Shown piece by piece: positions 56,401-64,000 of a stretch of DNA of 64,000 nucleotides. The stretch covers positions 40,234 to 104,233 of the forward strand of contig CAWJRB010000011.1 in NCBI GenBank assembly GCA_963845155.1, read 5' to 3'. The stretch's first letter is position 1. Every line of letters begins with the position of its first letter. The stretch is from an uncultured Flavobacteriaceae bacterium. GTDB taxonomy: Bacteria > Bacteroidota > Bacteroidia > Flavobacteriales > Flavobacteriaceae. The position numbers and the translations under genes are program-made. Under the pieces are notes generated by a model. The model ran no database searches and was not told the DNA's origin. It saw nothing but the letters and a program-made list of their open reading frames with translations.

Positions 56401-56804
56401 TGGAGCGTTCTCTTCATTACCAGGTGCGTTCCTTCGCCAGCATCTATCTCGAAAACCGCGATGGCGAGTTTATTTGGCATAAATTGCCCAACCTGGCGCA
56501 GTTGTCCAGCATAAACCAGATAATTCCTCGTGACGTTGACCTGGACGGAAATCTCGACCTGATCCTGGCTGGCAACCTCTACGGTTCGGAAGTCGAAACT
56601 CCGCGAAATGATGCGGGCATCGGTTTGTACCTCAGGGGCGATGGCAAGGGGGGCTTCTCACCTGTTCCGGCGCGGGATAGTGGCCTGTATATACGCGGGG
56701 ACACGAAAGACCTCTCAGTGATCCGCATCAAGGATGCAGATTACCTGATCGCAGCTAAGAATGACGAGTATCTGCAATTCATCCGCCTGGGTAAAGGATC
56801 TTAG
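53490..56804 (+). CDS. FG-GAP/VCBS-repeat, ASPIC/UnbV lipoprotein 4
   Basis: Lipobox LFSC; GGGVSAGD, TDWSW, RGFQSS..LHFGLG, WPDG; repeated DxDxDGD. Confidence 0.9.
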   Translation: MKTRELILLLAVFLILFSCQKKNENDATSKSARIFDPIGFEASGIVFSNNLSENDSLNYMTYAYMYMGGGVSAGDINNDGLVDLYFTGNMVPNKLYLNQGGLKFEDISISAGVEGDDRWFTGVTMADVNGDGHLDIYCSVGGKFNKKENLLFINNGDLTFSEKAQEYGVADIGNSVQSTFFDYDRDGDLDLYVGNYPPTNFSAPNTFYGFKMANTSDVETDNLYRNDGNSFTKVTNQAGLRSFGLTNSVTVGDLNSDGWPDLYVSNDFKVPDYLWINNQDGTFSEHGRELTDQFALYGMGVDIADINNDRLLDIIQMDMTPGDNRRSKANMAGMNPDLFWGTVNAGFHYQYMHNQLQLNNGNLQDSLPVFSNIARLGGVATTDWSWGPLIADLDNDGWKDIFISNGTRREINNKDYFNELAKQRLTKDVLLEKSLGIPEEKIDNFVFRNNGDLTFERMNEKWGLTFEGWSNGCLYADLDNDGDLEIVINNIDDKASLFENHSSENNNYLTLSFEGTEKNKNGLGVKVLVRANGLEQFQEMTLTRGFQSSVDPRLHFGLGTADKIEELAVTWPDGKVQTLNNLKANQFLTLNYTDATESSQETQTGEKLFLTVNDPDIVPRHKHAENIYDDFKDQVLLPHRTSSFGPGLSVGDLNGDGLEDFVVGGAKNNQTGVFFQQEQGFEKQDITDIAFDSDFEDLGSLIFDADGDGDNDLYMVSGGSEVPAGSEQLQDRLYVNDGRGNFKRSVSALPQMLTSGSRVKAFDYDKDGDLDLFVGGRLTPKDYPLPTDSYILENVSEAGKPAFKNVTDEIAPALSQIGMVTDASWTDYDQDGWVDLIVVGEWMPITVLRNNRGSFEDITKKLNLDASNGWWFSVAEGDFDNDGDPDFVLGNLGLNYKYQASEEETFDIYLNDFDKNQKNDIVLSYYDEGEKFPVRGRQCSSEQIPAIKKKFKDYDAFAVATLEDVYTKKDLERSLHYQVRSFASIYLENRDGEFIWHKLPNLAQLSSINQIIPRDVDLDGNLDLILAGNLYGSEVETPRNDAGIGLYLRGDGKGGFSPVPARDSGLYIRGDTKDLSVIRIKDADYLIAAKNDEYLQFIRLGKGS

Positions 56805-56822
56805 GTTTGAAAATCTTTAACG

Positions 56823-57860
56823 ATGTTTAAGAAATTGTTCTCTGAGTTCAGGATTCCGGTGAGATTTCACATTCTCTTTTGGATCATTTATTTCGTGTTT
56901 AATTTCTTCCGCTTTGCGAGCATTAACCAAGACTACTGGTACTCGTTGAAATCAAACCTGGTTGAATTCCCGTTGAACATCATCATCACCTATTTCACCA
57001 TTTATTTTTTGATCCCGAGATTCATTCTCAGAAAAAAGTACCTGCAGTTCTTTTTCTATTTCACCGTGAGCCTCGTTGTCTTCTACGTGATTCGAAGCGG
57101 ATTGAACTACCTTCTTGTGTCAAAAGACCTGTGGCCCGAGGCCCAGGGCTACCAGGAGCCCTTTACCCTGATTCACATTGTGGAGGTGATGGTCGGAACC
57201 ATTTACGTTGTAGCGCTTGTATCAGCCATCAAACTCGCCTACGACTGGATAAGCGAAAAACGGAAGAATGACGAATTGCAGCGCATTCAGCTTCAGACAG
57301 AGTTGGATTTCCTTAAATCACAGATTCAGCCCCATTTCTTCTTCAATACCCTGAACAATCTCTACGCCCTGGTAATCAAACAATCTCCGAATGCGCCTGA
57401 TGTCGTTATGAAACTCTCAGAGATCATGCAATACGTTCTTTATGAAGTAAAGGAGTCCCGAATCGATCTGCTCAAAGCGATCAACTACGTGCACAGCTAT
57501 CTCGAGCTGGAAAAACTTCGTTACGGAGAACGCGTAAAATCGGAGATCAGCATTGAGGGAGACATCGACGAGGTGGAAATCCCTCCCTTGATTTTCCTGC
57601 CTTTCGTAGAGAACTGTTTCAAGCACGGAGTAAGAAAAGAAGGGGATATAAAAGTGAATATCAACTTTGCCGTTCGAGACAAATTTCTGTACTTTAGCGT
57701 AGAAAATTCCCTGGACGAACATCAAGACTCAGCCCCCAGGCACGGTATTGGCATCGAGAACGTAAAACGCCGGCTGGATCTTTTGTACGGAAAGAAATAC
57801 AATCTGGATACGAGCGCTACGGATGAAATGTTCAAGGTGTTTTTGAAATTGCCCCTATGA
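56823..57860 (+). CDS. LytS/YehU-type membrane sensor histidine kinase
   Basis: About four N-terminal TM helices, LKSQIQPHFFFNTLNN, ENCFKHG, GIGIENVKRRL. Confidence 0.9.
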   Translation: MFKKLFSEFRIPVRFHILFWIIYFVFNFFRFASINQDYWYSLKSNLVEFPLNIIITYFTIYFLIPRFILRKKYLQFFFYFTVSLVVFYVIRSGLNYLLVSKDLWPEAQGYQEPFTLIHIVEVMVGTIYVVALVSAIKLAYDWISEKRKNDELQRIQLQTELDFLKSQIQPHFFFNTLNNLYALVIKQSPNAPDVVMKLSEIMQYVLYEVKESRIDLLKAINYVHSYLELEKLRYGERVKSEISIEGDIDEVEIPPLIFLPFVENCFKHGVRKEGDIKVNINFAVRDKFLYFSVENSLDEHQDSAPRHGIGIENVKRRLDLLYGKKYNLDTSATDEMFKVFLKLPL

Positions 57861-58564
57861 AAATCAAATGCATCATAATAGACGATGAACCCTTAGCTGC
57901 TGAGGTCATTGAAAACTACCTCAAGGAGTTTTCCAATGTTGAGCATGTTGGAAGCTTCACCAATCCGCTGGAGGCTTTGGAACTGATCGAATCTGGAGAA
58001 ATTGAAGCTGTTTTCATTGATATTAACATGCCCAAAATGAATGGCCTGGAGTTCATCCGGAGCATTGAATCCAAACCGTCCTTCGTCATAACGACCGCTT
58101 ACCGTGAATATGCAGTGGAGAGCTATGACCTGGACGTTCTCGATTACCTGGTCAAGCCCATTCCTTTCAATCGATTTCTCAAATCGATCAACAAACTGTC
58201 CCTGAAGTCCAATGCCGACAGATCCCCGGAAAACACGCTGGAGAGCTCGGAAAAATCATTCATCTTCTTAAAAGTCGATAAAAAGCTGGTACGAATCAAG
58301 TACGATGACATTCATTTCATTGAAAGCCTCAAGGACTACATCAAAGTCTTTACCAGTGAAGGTGATTTTCTAGCGCATAAATCGTTGACCAGTATCACGG
58401 AGGAGCTTCCGAAAAGCAAATTCCTAAGAATTCACAGGTCTTTTACGGTCTCCCTGGATAAAATTGAGGCCCTGGAAGGGAATTCTGTCCTCCTCAAGGG
58501 AAAGCGCATCCCTATTGGCCGCAAATACGTCAATCACGCCAAGGATGTGATCCTGAACGCCTAA
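57857..58564 (+). CDS. LytTR-family response regulator
   Basis: IIDDEPLA, DINMP, DYLVKP, FLRIHRSF LytTR motif; ATGA overlap with the kinase. Confidence 0.92.
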   Translation: MKIKCIIIDDEPLAAEVIENYLKEFSNVEHVGSFTNPLEALELIESGEIEAVFIDINMPKMNGLEFIRSIESKPSFVITTAYREYAVESYDLDVLDYLVKPIPFNRFLKSINKLSLKSNADRSPENTLESSEKSFIFLKVDKKLVRIKYDDIHFIESLKDYIKVFTSEGDFLAHKSLTSITEELPKSKFLRIHRSFTVSLDKIEALEGNSVLLKGKRIPIGRKYVNHAKDVILNA

Positions 58565-58589
58565 AACTCTGAAGCGCCCTGGCCTGTTA

Positions 58590-59309
58590 TCAGGCGCCAA
58601 TATTCCTTACGCTTCCACCGGAATTGTCTTCTTTCTGAACAACCTTGGGATTGCCCTTAAACTTGATATCGGCACCACTGGTTGCCCGTGCCTCTATCGT
58701 TTCAACAGCCGTCAACTTGATGTCAGAACCACTGCTCGCGTCAGCGTTGCAGTTTTTAGCCTCTAGCTCATATGCCTTTACGTTACTGCCACTGGAAGAG
58801 GAGACGGTGAAGTTCTCTGCCTTGCCCATGAGTTCGATATCGGCTCCACTTGAGATGTCACAGGAGAGATCCTCGACTTTGAGCTCCATTTCAGCAGAAG
58901 CTCCACTTGAAACGCTCAATCGAAGCTCGTCACTTTCAAACGTGTTTCGCGTCATAACCTCGGCTCCGCTGTTGACTGCGATTCCGTTGAGATGATCCAC
59001 ATTCAAATGAATTTTCTTGGAGCTTGCACTCCAAATATTCCTTGAACAGGTGATCTTGAGTACGCCATCTCTGACGTTGGTTTCAATCAATTCGTGCAGA
59101 TTCTCGTCGGCTTCCACTTCGAGAGATACGTTTTTGCTTTTGGTCAAATACAGATCAAGACCGCGGCTTACTTCAATTCGGGAGAAATCGTTCGATATCT
59201 TCCTTTTTTTAGTGATCACATTGCCATCGCCTTTTACGCCGTCCATGAAGCATGAAGTGGTTGAGATTAGGAGAAAGACAAGTGCTGATAGTTTAAATAA
59301 GGTTTTCAT
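58590..59309 (-). CDS. DUF2807 (head GIN / beta-helix) lipoprotein
   Basis: Lipobox TTSC; V.GDGNV, EADENL, repeated SSGA/SSGS beta-helix turns, KGNP; start MKTLFK at 59309. Confidence 0.85.
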   Translation of the reverse strand: MKTLFKLSALVFLLISTTSCFMDGVKGDGNVITKKRKISNDFSRIEVSRGLDLYLTKSKNVSLEVEADENLHELIETNVRDGVLKITCSRNIWSASSKKIHLNVDHLNGIAVNSGAEVMTRNTFESDELRLSVSSGASAEMELKVEDLSCDISSGADIELMGKAENFTVSSSSGSNVKAYELEAKNCNADASSGSDIKLTAVETIEARATSGADIKFKGNPKVVQKEDNSGGSVRNIGA

Positions 59310-59386
59310 TGTTGTGGTGTTTTCATGGTTTTTTGTCGTAATTCGGTCGCCGTGAATATCATTGATGCCGGCTGTCAAACATCTAT

Positions 59387-59415
59387 TAGACACTGTGCAC
59401 GCGTAAAATGTTACA
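59387..59415 (-). promoter_or_regulatory. ECF-sigma-type promoter for the DUF2807 gene
   Basis: Minus strand TGTAAC-N17-TGTCTA. Confidence 0.5.
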
Positions 59416-59417
59416 AA

Positions 59418-61208
59418 TCAAATCGAGTCTTTTGAGCTTCTGACCAAAACCCCGTTCTCATCAATCCTCACTTCGGCCTTCTCATTGTCTTCGTCTTTTA
59501 TTTGAATATGTACTCCCTCCTCGTCTATTTTCATATTGAAAGATTCGGGATCAGAATCGGGCTCCGAGGTATTGATCTCGAACTCCTCGCAATCCATGCA
59601 ATCAAGACCATCACGCGTCATTTTAAAGTGATGCCCGGCCATGTCGTTGTCATAAACATCCTGAATATTGTCGACCTCATAGAGGAAGGTCCTGGAGGAT
59701 TCTTCCAGAAAAATAACCTGGTTTTCGGGCAGATAGAGGTCTACATAAACCCGCTGTTCTCCAAATCGATTTCCTATATCAGATAGAAAATACCCCGGAA
59801 CCTGCAGCTCATCACCGGTCAGAATCACTTCGTGTTCTATAAGTCGCGCGTTGTCACGAGCGTCTTGGCGGCTCTGACCTTTACTGCGTTTGCGCGTCTT
59901 GACATAGGCCAGGGTGTCATTCGCGGGGTAGATATTCATCCTGATATTGCTAGAATAGATTTTCTCGACGTCGTTTTCATCTATGATGATGTCTCGATCC
60001 CAGCTGTGACTTTCTTCCCACGTTTGACCAGTTCCATACCTGTCAACAAGATCATTGTCACTTTCAACACTCAGGCGAAGGGTGTCGAGGGTGCTGTAAG
60101 GGACTTCGGTTCTCACCGTTACGGAGCCGTCATAGGCGGTCATCATGTACTGCCTGGTTCCAAAGAAGATGGCTGTAAGCAGGGCCATGAGCCAAATGCC
60201 GAGCAAGGTGAGTTTTGCTGTTTTTCCAACCATTTTCGTGTTGTTTGACAAGATCCTCAATCCGAGGGCAAACAAGAAAAAGAAAGGAATTCCAACCAGC
60301 AAAAAAGTCAGGATGGAAATCACCCAAACCGGAAGACCGGATGAATTGTAGAAAAAGGAATCGTAGCTGAACCAATCGTGATGGAGGAAATCCATGGAAC
60401 CAATTGCGAAAAGACTTATCAAAAGGCCCAGGATGGTCACCACCGCAATGATGACCAATAGTACTCCTATGAATTTGCCAATGATCATAAAGACGGTCAC
60501 AAAGATCTTACCAAGGGTTTCTATAAAATCTTGCGATCCCGATTTCGCCTTGTCTCCATAACTTTTATAATCCGCATTTTTGACTTTCTCAGAAACGTCC
60601 TCGATCCCGTCTTTTACACGGGACGAAGCCTGTGAGATCTCGTCACGAATTTTTTTTTCAATGTTGCTGATGTTCACCGGCTCACCTTCCATTTCCAGCT
60701 TTTCGGCGGTAGTGGTGGCCTCCGGAAGAAGGATCCAGAGCAGCGGATAAACAATAAATCCAAAGCCGAAGCCAAATGCGGCAACCAGCCAACCCAGTCG
60801 GATCCAAATCACATCCACGTTGAGGTAGTGCGCAATCCCTGAGGATACCCCCCCGAGAAATTTGTCACTCCCGTCTCGATACAGTTTTTTGGTTTTTCTT
60901 TTACCATAACCGGTGTAGCTCTCGTCGCTGAAGATCTCATCATCGACCATGTAGTCCTCAGGTCGTCCCATGACCTCGATCACCTCCTCGATATCCGATT
61001 CGTTGACCACCTGGCGAACGTCCTTGATTTTATCAGACAACAATTCACCTATCCGCGTCTCAATATCGGTAATGATCTCATCCCTGCCCTGAGGGTCATC
61101 ACTCAATGACCTTCGAATCGCGTCCAGATATCCTTTCAGCTTTTGATAAGCGATTTCATCGATGTGAAAAAATACGCCACCCAGGTTTATATTGATTGTC
61201 TTGTTCAT
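59418..61208 (-). CDS. PspC domain-containing membrane protein (Bacteroidota long form)
   Basis: MNKTININL, DIETRIGEL, KKLYRD..DKFLGGVSSGIAHY, Y..LWILLP, LEMEGEPVNISNI; further TM helices and a periplasmic tail. Confidence 0.88.
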   Translation of the reverse strand: MNKTININLGGVFFHIDEIAYQKLKGYLDAIRRSLSDDPQGRDEIITDIETRIGELLSDKIKDVRQVVNESDIEEVIEVMGRPEDYMVDDEIFSDESYTGYGKRKTKKLYRDGSDKFLGGVSSGIAHYLNVDVIWIRLGWLVAAFGFGFGFIVYPLLWILLPEATTTAEKLEMEGEPVNISNIEKKIRDEISQASSRVKDGIEDVSEKVKNADYKSYGDKAKSGSQDFIETLGKIFVTVFMIIGKFIGVLLVIIAVVTILGLLISLFAIGSMDFLHHDWFSYDSFFYNSSGLPVWVISILTFLLVGIPFFFLFALGLRILSNNTKMVGKTAKLTLLGIWLMALLTAIFFGTRQYMMTAYDGSVTVRTEVPYSTLDTLRLSVESDNDLVDRYGTGQTWEESHSWDRDIIIDENDVEKIYSSNIRMNIYPANDTLAYVKTRKRSKGQSRQDARDNARLIEHEVILTGDELQVPGYFLSDIGNRFGEQRVYVDLYLPENQVIFLEESSRTFLYEVDNIQDVYDNDMAGHHFKMTRDGLDCMDCEEFEINTSEPDSDPESFNMKIDEEGVHIQIKDEDNEKAEVRIDENGVLVRSSKDSI

Positions 61209-61555
61209 TTTTTTGTTGATTTTGATTCGTTATTCTTTGTGACTATCTGAACGGCTGCTACGAGCTCGTTCCAGGTTGTGTTCAATCCCGACAGGAAAAT
61301 TCTTCCCGTTTCGGTCAGACCGTAATATTTGCGAGGTGGACCCGACGTGGATTCTTCCCATCTGTAGCTGAGAAGACCCGCATTCTTCAGCCGGGTCAAT
61401 AAGGGATATACCGTTCCTTCAACCACAAGCAGCTTCGCGTCTTTTAATTGAGAAAGAATTTCTGAAGTATATGCATCTCCCTTCGAAAGAATGGAGAGGA
61501 TGCAAAACTCCAGAACCCCTTTTCGCATCTGCGCTTTTGTGTTTTCTATCTTCAT
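61205..61555 (-). CDS. PadR-family transcriptional regulator
   Basis: QMRKGVLEFCIL, EGTVYPLLTRL, W.ES.SGPPRKYY.LT..G. Confidence 0.92.
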   Translation of the reverse strand: MKIENTKAQMRKGVLEFCILSILSKGDAYTSEILSQLKDAKLLVVEGTVYPLLTRLKNAGLLSYRWEESTSGPPRKYYGLTETGRIFLSGLNTTWNELVAAVQIVTKNNESKSTKK

Positions 61556-61599
61556 GTTTTTCTTTTTATTCTTTAATACTCTTCTCTAGACTCCTATGT

Positions 61600-61665
61600 T
61601 TAAAACAGTATGGAGGGTAACGTATTGACGATGTAAATGACGATGGATACTATTAGATCGATCAT
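61600..61665 (-). CDS. Candidate 21-aa hydrophobic small protein MIDLIVSIVIYIVNTLPSILF
   Basis: ATG 10 nt after the DUF4870 stop, AT-rich leader, uniformly hydrophobic, same strand as the operon. Confidence 0.4.
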   Translation of the reverse strand: MIDLIVSIVIYIVNTLPSILF

Positions 61666-61675
61666 GACTTTAATT

Positions 61676-62071
61676 TTATTTGATGAATTTGATTGTTAGG
61701 GGATAATGATACACCTCGCCCCTATTGGCCGAAACCGCTGCGAGAATGATCAAAACAAACTTTACGACAACCAGGAGTCCGATAAGCGAGCCTGCCGTGA
61801 TTATACCAAACAGGTCGAGATGATGGAACTCCGACAAAACGGTGCGTAGGATAAAGGGAACGATAGACAGACCCAGGAGAAAAGTATACAACAAATAGCT
61901 CAGGTTGAAATTGATGGCCTGCTTGCCGTTCTCATTGACGAATTCACTTTTTTCCTTATTGATTTCCCAAATCACCAACGGTCCTACGATGGCACCAAAA
62001 GGAATCACATACCCGAAAAAAGCGGAAAGGTGAATTAAAAAAGCCGTGTTGTTATCGTTTTTTGTTGACAT
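61676..62071 (-). CDS. DUF4870 membrane protein
   Basis: HLSAF, GPLVIW, GKQAINFNLS, YHYPLTIKFIK; start MSTKND at 62071. Confidence 0.85.
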   Translation of the reverse strand: MSTKNDNNTAFLIHLSAFFGYVIPFGAIVGPLVIWEINKEKSEFVNENGKQAINFNLSYLLYTFLLGLSIVPFILRTVLSEFHHLDLFGIITAGSLIGLLVVVKFVLIILAAVSANRGEVYHYPLTIKFIK

Positions 62072-62099
62072 AATTAAATGTATATAATACTTTCTTATG

Positions 62100-62140
62100 C
62101 AAATATATATACAAAAGATAATACTATGCAATACACAGTA
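62100..62140 (-). promoter_or_regulatory. Promoter (TATATTTG -7) with an overlapping PadR-type inverted repeat
   Basis: TACTATG-CAATA-CACAGTA at 62122-62140 covers the -33 region; -7 at 62100-62107. Confidence 0.55.
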
Positions 62141-62224
62141 CTATATTTTAACATTTTTTTAACATTCTTGGTCGCGCTTCGAATCAGGTAAATTGTCGTA
62201 ATTTTAGTGCTCCAACTCCTGATT

Positions 62225-62683
62225 ATGACAAAATTCAGCGTCTCCAACATGAATCGGTTTCTCGCCCTGAAACTGCCTTCTGCCTATTTTTCGGGTATAC
62301 GGGTATCAGGGATGTCCGAGAACGAGGCCATGGCCACCGTTCGTCACAAGTGGATCAACCAAAACCCTTTTAAATCCTTGTATTGGGCGACGCAGGGCAT
62401 GGCGGCAGAATTGGTAACGGGCCTGCTTGTGATGAAGAAAATAAGGGAATCGAAACTGAAGATCTCCATGCTGGTGGTTCATCAGGAAGGAGATTTTTTC
62501 AAAAAAGCCACGGGTCAGATCACCTTCAATTGCGATCAGGGCAGCCGGATTGACGAAGCCATTGAGCGAAGCATTAAAACGGGCGAAGGACAGACCTTCC
62601 TGCTCAAGGCAGAAGGGTTCAATGAAGAGTACGAAAAGGTTTCTTCCTTCGTTTTCACGTGGAGCATCAAGGTAAAATCTTAA
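62225..62683 (+). CDS. DUF4442 hotdog-fold/thioesterase-like protein
   Basis: [30 protein letters not shown]. Confidence 0.8.
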   Translation: MTKFSVSNMNRFLALKLPSAYFSGIRVSGMSENEAMATVRHKWINQNPFKSLYWATQGMAAELVTGLLVMKKIRESKLKISMLVVHQEGDFFKKATGQITFNCDQGSRIDEAIERSIKTGEGQTFLLKAEGFNEEYEKVSSFVFTWSIKVKS

Positions 62684-62694
62684 AACTATCAATT

Positions 62695-63495
62695 ATGACA
62701 GCACATGAAATAGACTACGAGATTCACGGGGAAGAAATGCAATTTGTCGAAATCGAGCTTGACCCGCAAGAGGGGGTCGTCGCGGAGTCAGGCAGTTTTA
62801 TGATGATGGATGACAACATTGCCATGGATACGATCTTCGGAGACGGTTCAGGGCAATCCAAAGACATCCTGGGAAGTCTTTTCTCAGCAGGGAAGAGACT
62901 TTTAACTGGCGAAAGCCTATTTATGACCGTATTTACCAACGCTTCCGGTCAAAAGCGAAAAATCTCCTTTGCCTCCCCCTACCCCGGAAAGATCCTTCCG
63001 GTTCACCTTACAGATTTTAACGGGGAGTTCATCTGTCAGAAAGACGCTTTTCTATGCGCGGCCAAGGGGGTGTCCATAAGCATTGAATTCTCCAAGAAAA
63101 TTGGCCGCGGTCTCTTTGGGGGCGAAGGCTTTATCATGCAAAAAGTCCAGGGAGACGGACTCGCCTTCCTCCACGCCAGTGGCACTGTTGTAAAAAGGGA
63201 ACTGAAAGTCGGCGAGATGTTGCGTGTCGATACGGGTTGCCTGGTCGGGTTCAGTCGCACAGTTGACTATGACATCGAATTCGTCGGTGGTATTCGAAAT
63301 ACGATCTTCGGAGGTGAAGGCATGTTCTTTGCTACCCTCAGAGGGCCCGGCACTGTCGCTATTCAATCCCTTCCTTTCAGCCGTTTGGCGAACAGAGTCC
63401 TTGCCTACGCTCCAAAATCAGGAGGCAAAAGCCGAGGTGAAGGCAGTATTCTCGGTGGTATCGGAGATCTTCTTGACGGTGACAACCGATTTTGA
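62695..63495 (+). CDS. TIGR00266/AIM24 family protein
   Basis: [53 protein letters not shown]. Confidence 0.9.
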   Translation: MTAHEIDYEIHGEEMQFVEIELDPQEGVVAESGSFMMMDDNIAMDTIFGDGSGQSKDILGSLFSAGKRLLTGESLFMTVFTNASGQKRKISFASPYPGKILPVHLTDFNGEFICQKDAFLCAAKGVSISIEFSKKIGRGLFGGEGFIMQKVQGDGLAFLHASGTVVKRELKVGEMLRVDTGCLVGFSRTVDYDIEFVGGIRNTIFGGEGMFFATLRGPGTVAIQSLPFSRLANRVLAYAPKSGGKSRGEGSILGGIGDLLDGDNRF

Positions 63496-63511
63496 TATTC
63501 GAAAGTCAGAA

Positions 63512-64000
63512 TTAGTCCGGTTGGCTCGCTGTCGGCTGATTCTCTTTGATGCTAGTGATGAAGCGGTCGAGCTGCTTTCCGTATTTGGAATCTTTAACCT
63601 GTTCTGAAAGAGAACTGTTGATCGTGTCGAGAAGGGCCACATTGGCATCCGTGAGCTCGGTTAGTGCGATGTAGGGAGAAACTTCAAAGGATCCGTTGTT
63701 GACCGCAAAGTTTGTAGTGTACAAGTACTTCCTGCGTGTCCAGTTCTTCATTTTCTTCTCTACTGCGGCAATGGAGTCCACGCTGCCCTTTTTCCTGGCC
63801 TCAAATTCCTCTTTGATCAGATCCAGGTTCTGATCGTTGAACTTGGTGACCATCTCGTAATATTTATCCAGACGCGCCTGATTCTCCGATCCGCTGATCT
63901 TCGCTTTTAACGCGAACTTCTCCAGATCTGAACTGATGCTGACCGTATCTTTTTCTCCGAAAAAGGGAATTTTCTTGTTTCCGCTTCCAAGAGCCAGGTA
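63512..64000 (-). CDS. DUF4369-type protein, 5' end outside the window
   Basis: Frame is open to the edge (..KIPFFGEKDTVSI..AKISGSENQ..); C-terminal EVSPYIAL..LDTINSSL..VKDSKYGKQL. Confidence 0.65.
   Translation of the reverse strand, partial: YLALGSGNKKIPFFGEKDTVSISSDLEKFALKAKISGSENQARLDKYYEMVTKFNDQNLDLIKEEFEARKKGSVDSIAAVEKKMKNWTRRKYLYTTNFAVNNGSFEVSPYIALTELTDANVALLDTINSSLSEQVKDSKYGKQLDRFITSIKENQPTASQPD

Noticed and set aside
28449-56804. Recurring DNA similarity such as GACCTGGACAACGATGGAGACCTGGAT, considered as a CRISPR or DNA repeat
   Set aside because: These encode the DxDxDGDxD protein repeats; they are degenerate at third codon positions and irregularly spaced.
17313-58564. Island as a mobile element or prophage
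   Set aside because: No integrase, transposase, tRNA attachment site or terminal repeats, and no obvious compositional break by eye.

Overview
Window from a Bacteroidota genome, most likely a marine Flavobacteriaceae (SusC/SusD pairs, TAnnTTTG promoters, AT-rich SD-less starts). No rRNA, tRNA, CRISPR or mobile element was seen. Left part (1-17 kb): DEAD-box helicase, guaB, an iron-type TonB receptor, ppgK, HMG-CoA lyase, PPi-type and ATP-type PFK flanking gap, GH20 and a nagB fusion. Centre (17-58 kb): a large carbohydrate island containing GH32/MFS/fructokinase, then SusC/SusD-1, an OmpR-type two-component system, three ~1100-aa FG-GAP/ASPIC-UnbV lipoproteins, a vanadium haloperoxidase resembling Zobellia iodoperoxidase and a membrane-anchored GyrI-like protein. 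These are followed by a 3-keto-glycoside module (3x DUF1080, 2x Gfo/Idh/MocA, TIM-barrel isomerase/lyase, AraC), SusC/SusD-2, a fourth FG-GAP/ASPIC protein and a LytS/LytTR pair. Right end: DUF4870-PadR-PspC-DUF2807 envelope-stress cluster, DUF4442, AIM24 and a partial DUF4369 gene. The best candidate for an undescribed system is the pair of SusCD modules whose downstream cargo is FG-GAP/ASPIC-UnbV proteins, a haloperoxidase and redox/lyase enzymes rather than classical glycoside hydrolases. About 13 single-base frameshifts in 10 genes, including guaB, probably reflect long-read indel errors. All family calls are by motif recognition; no database search was run.
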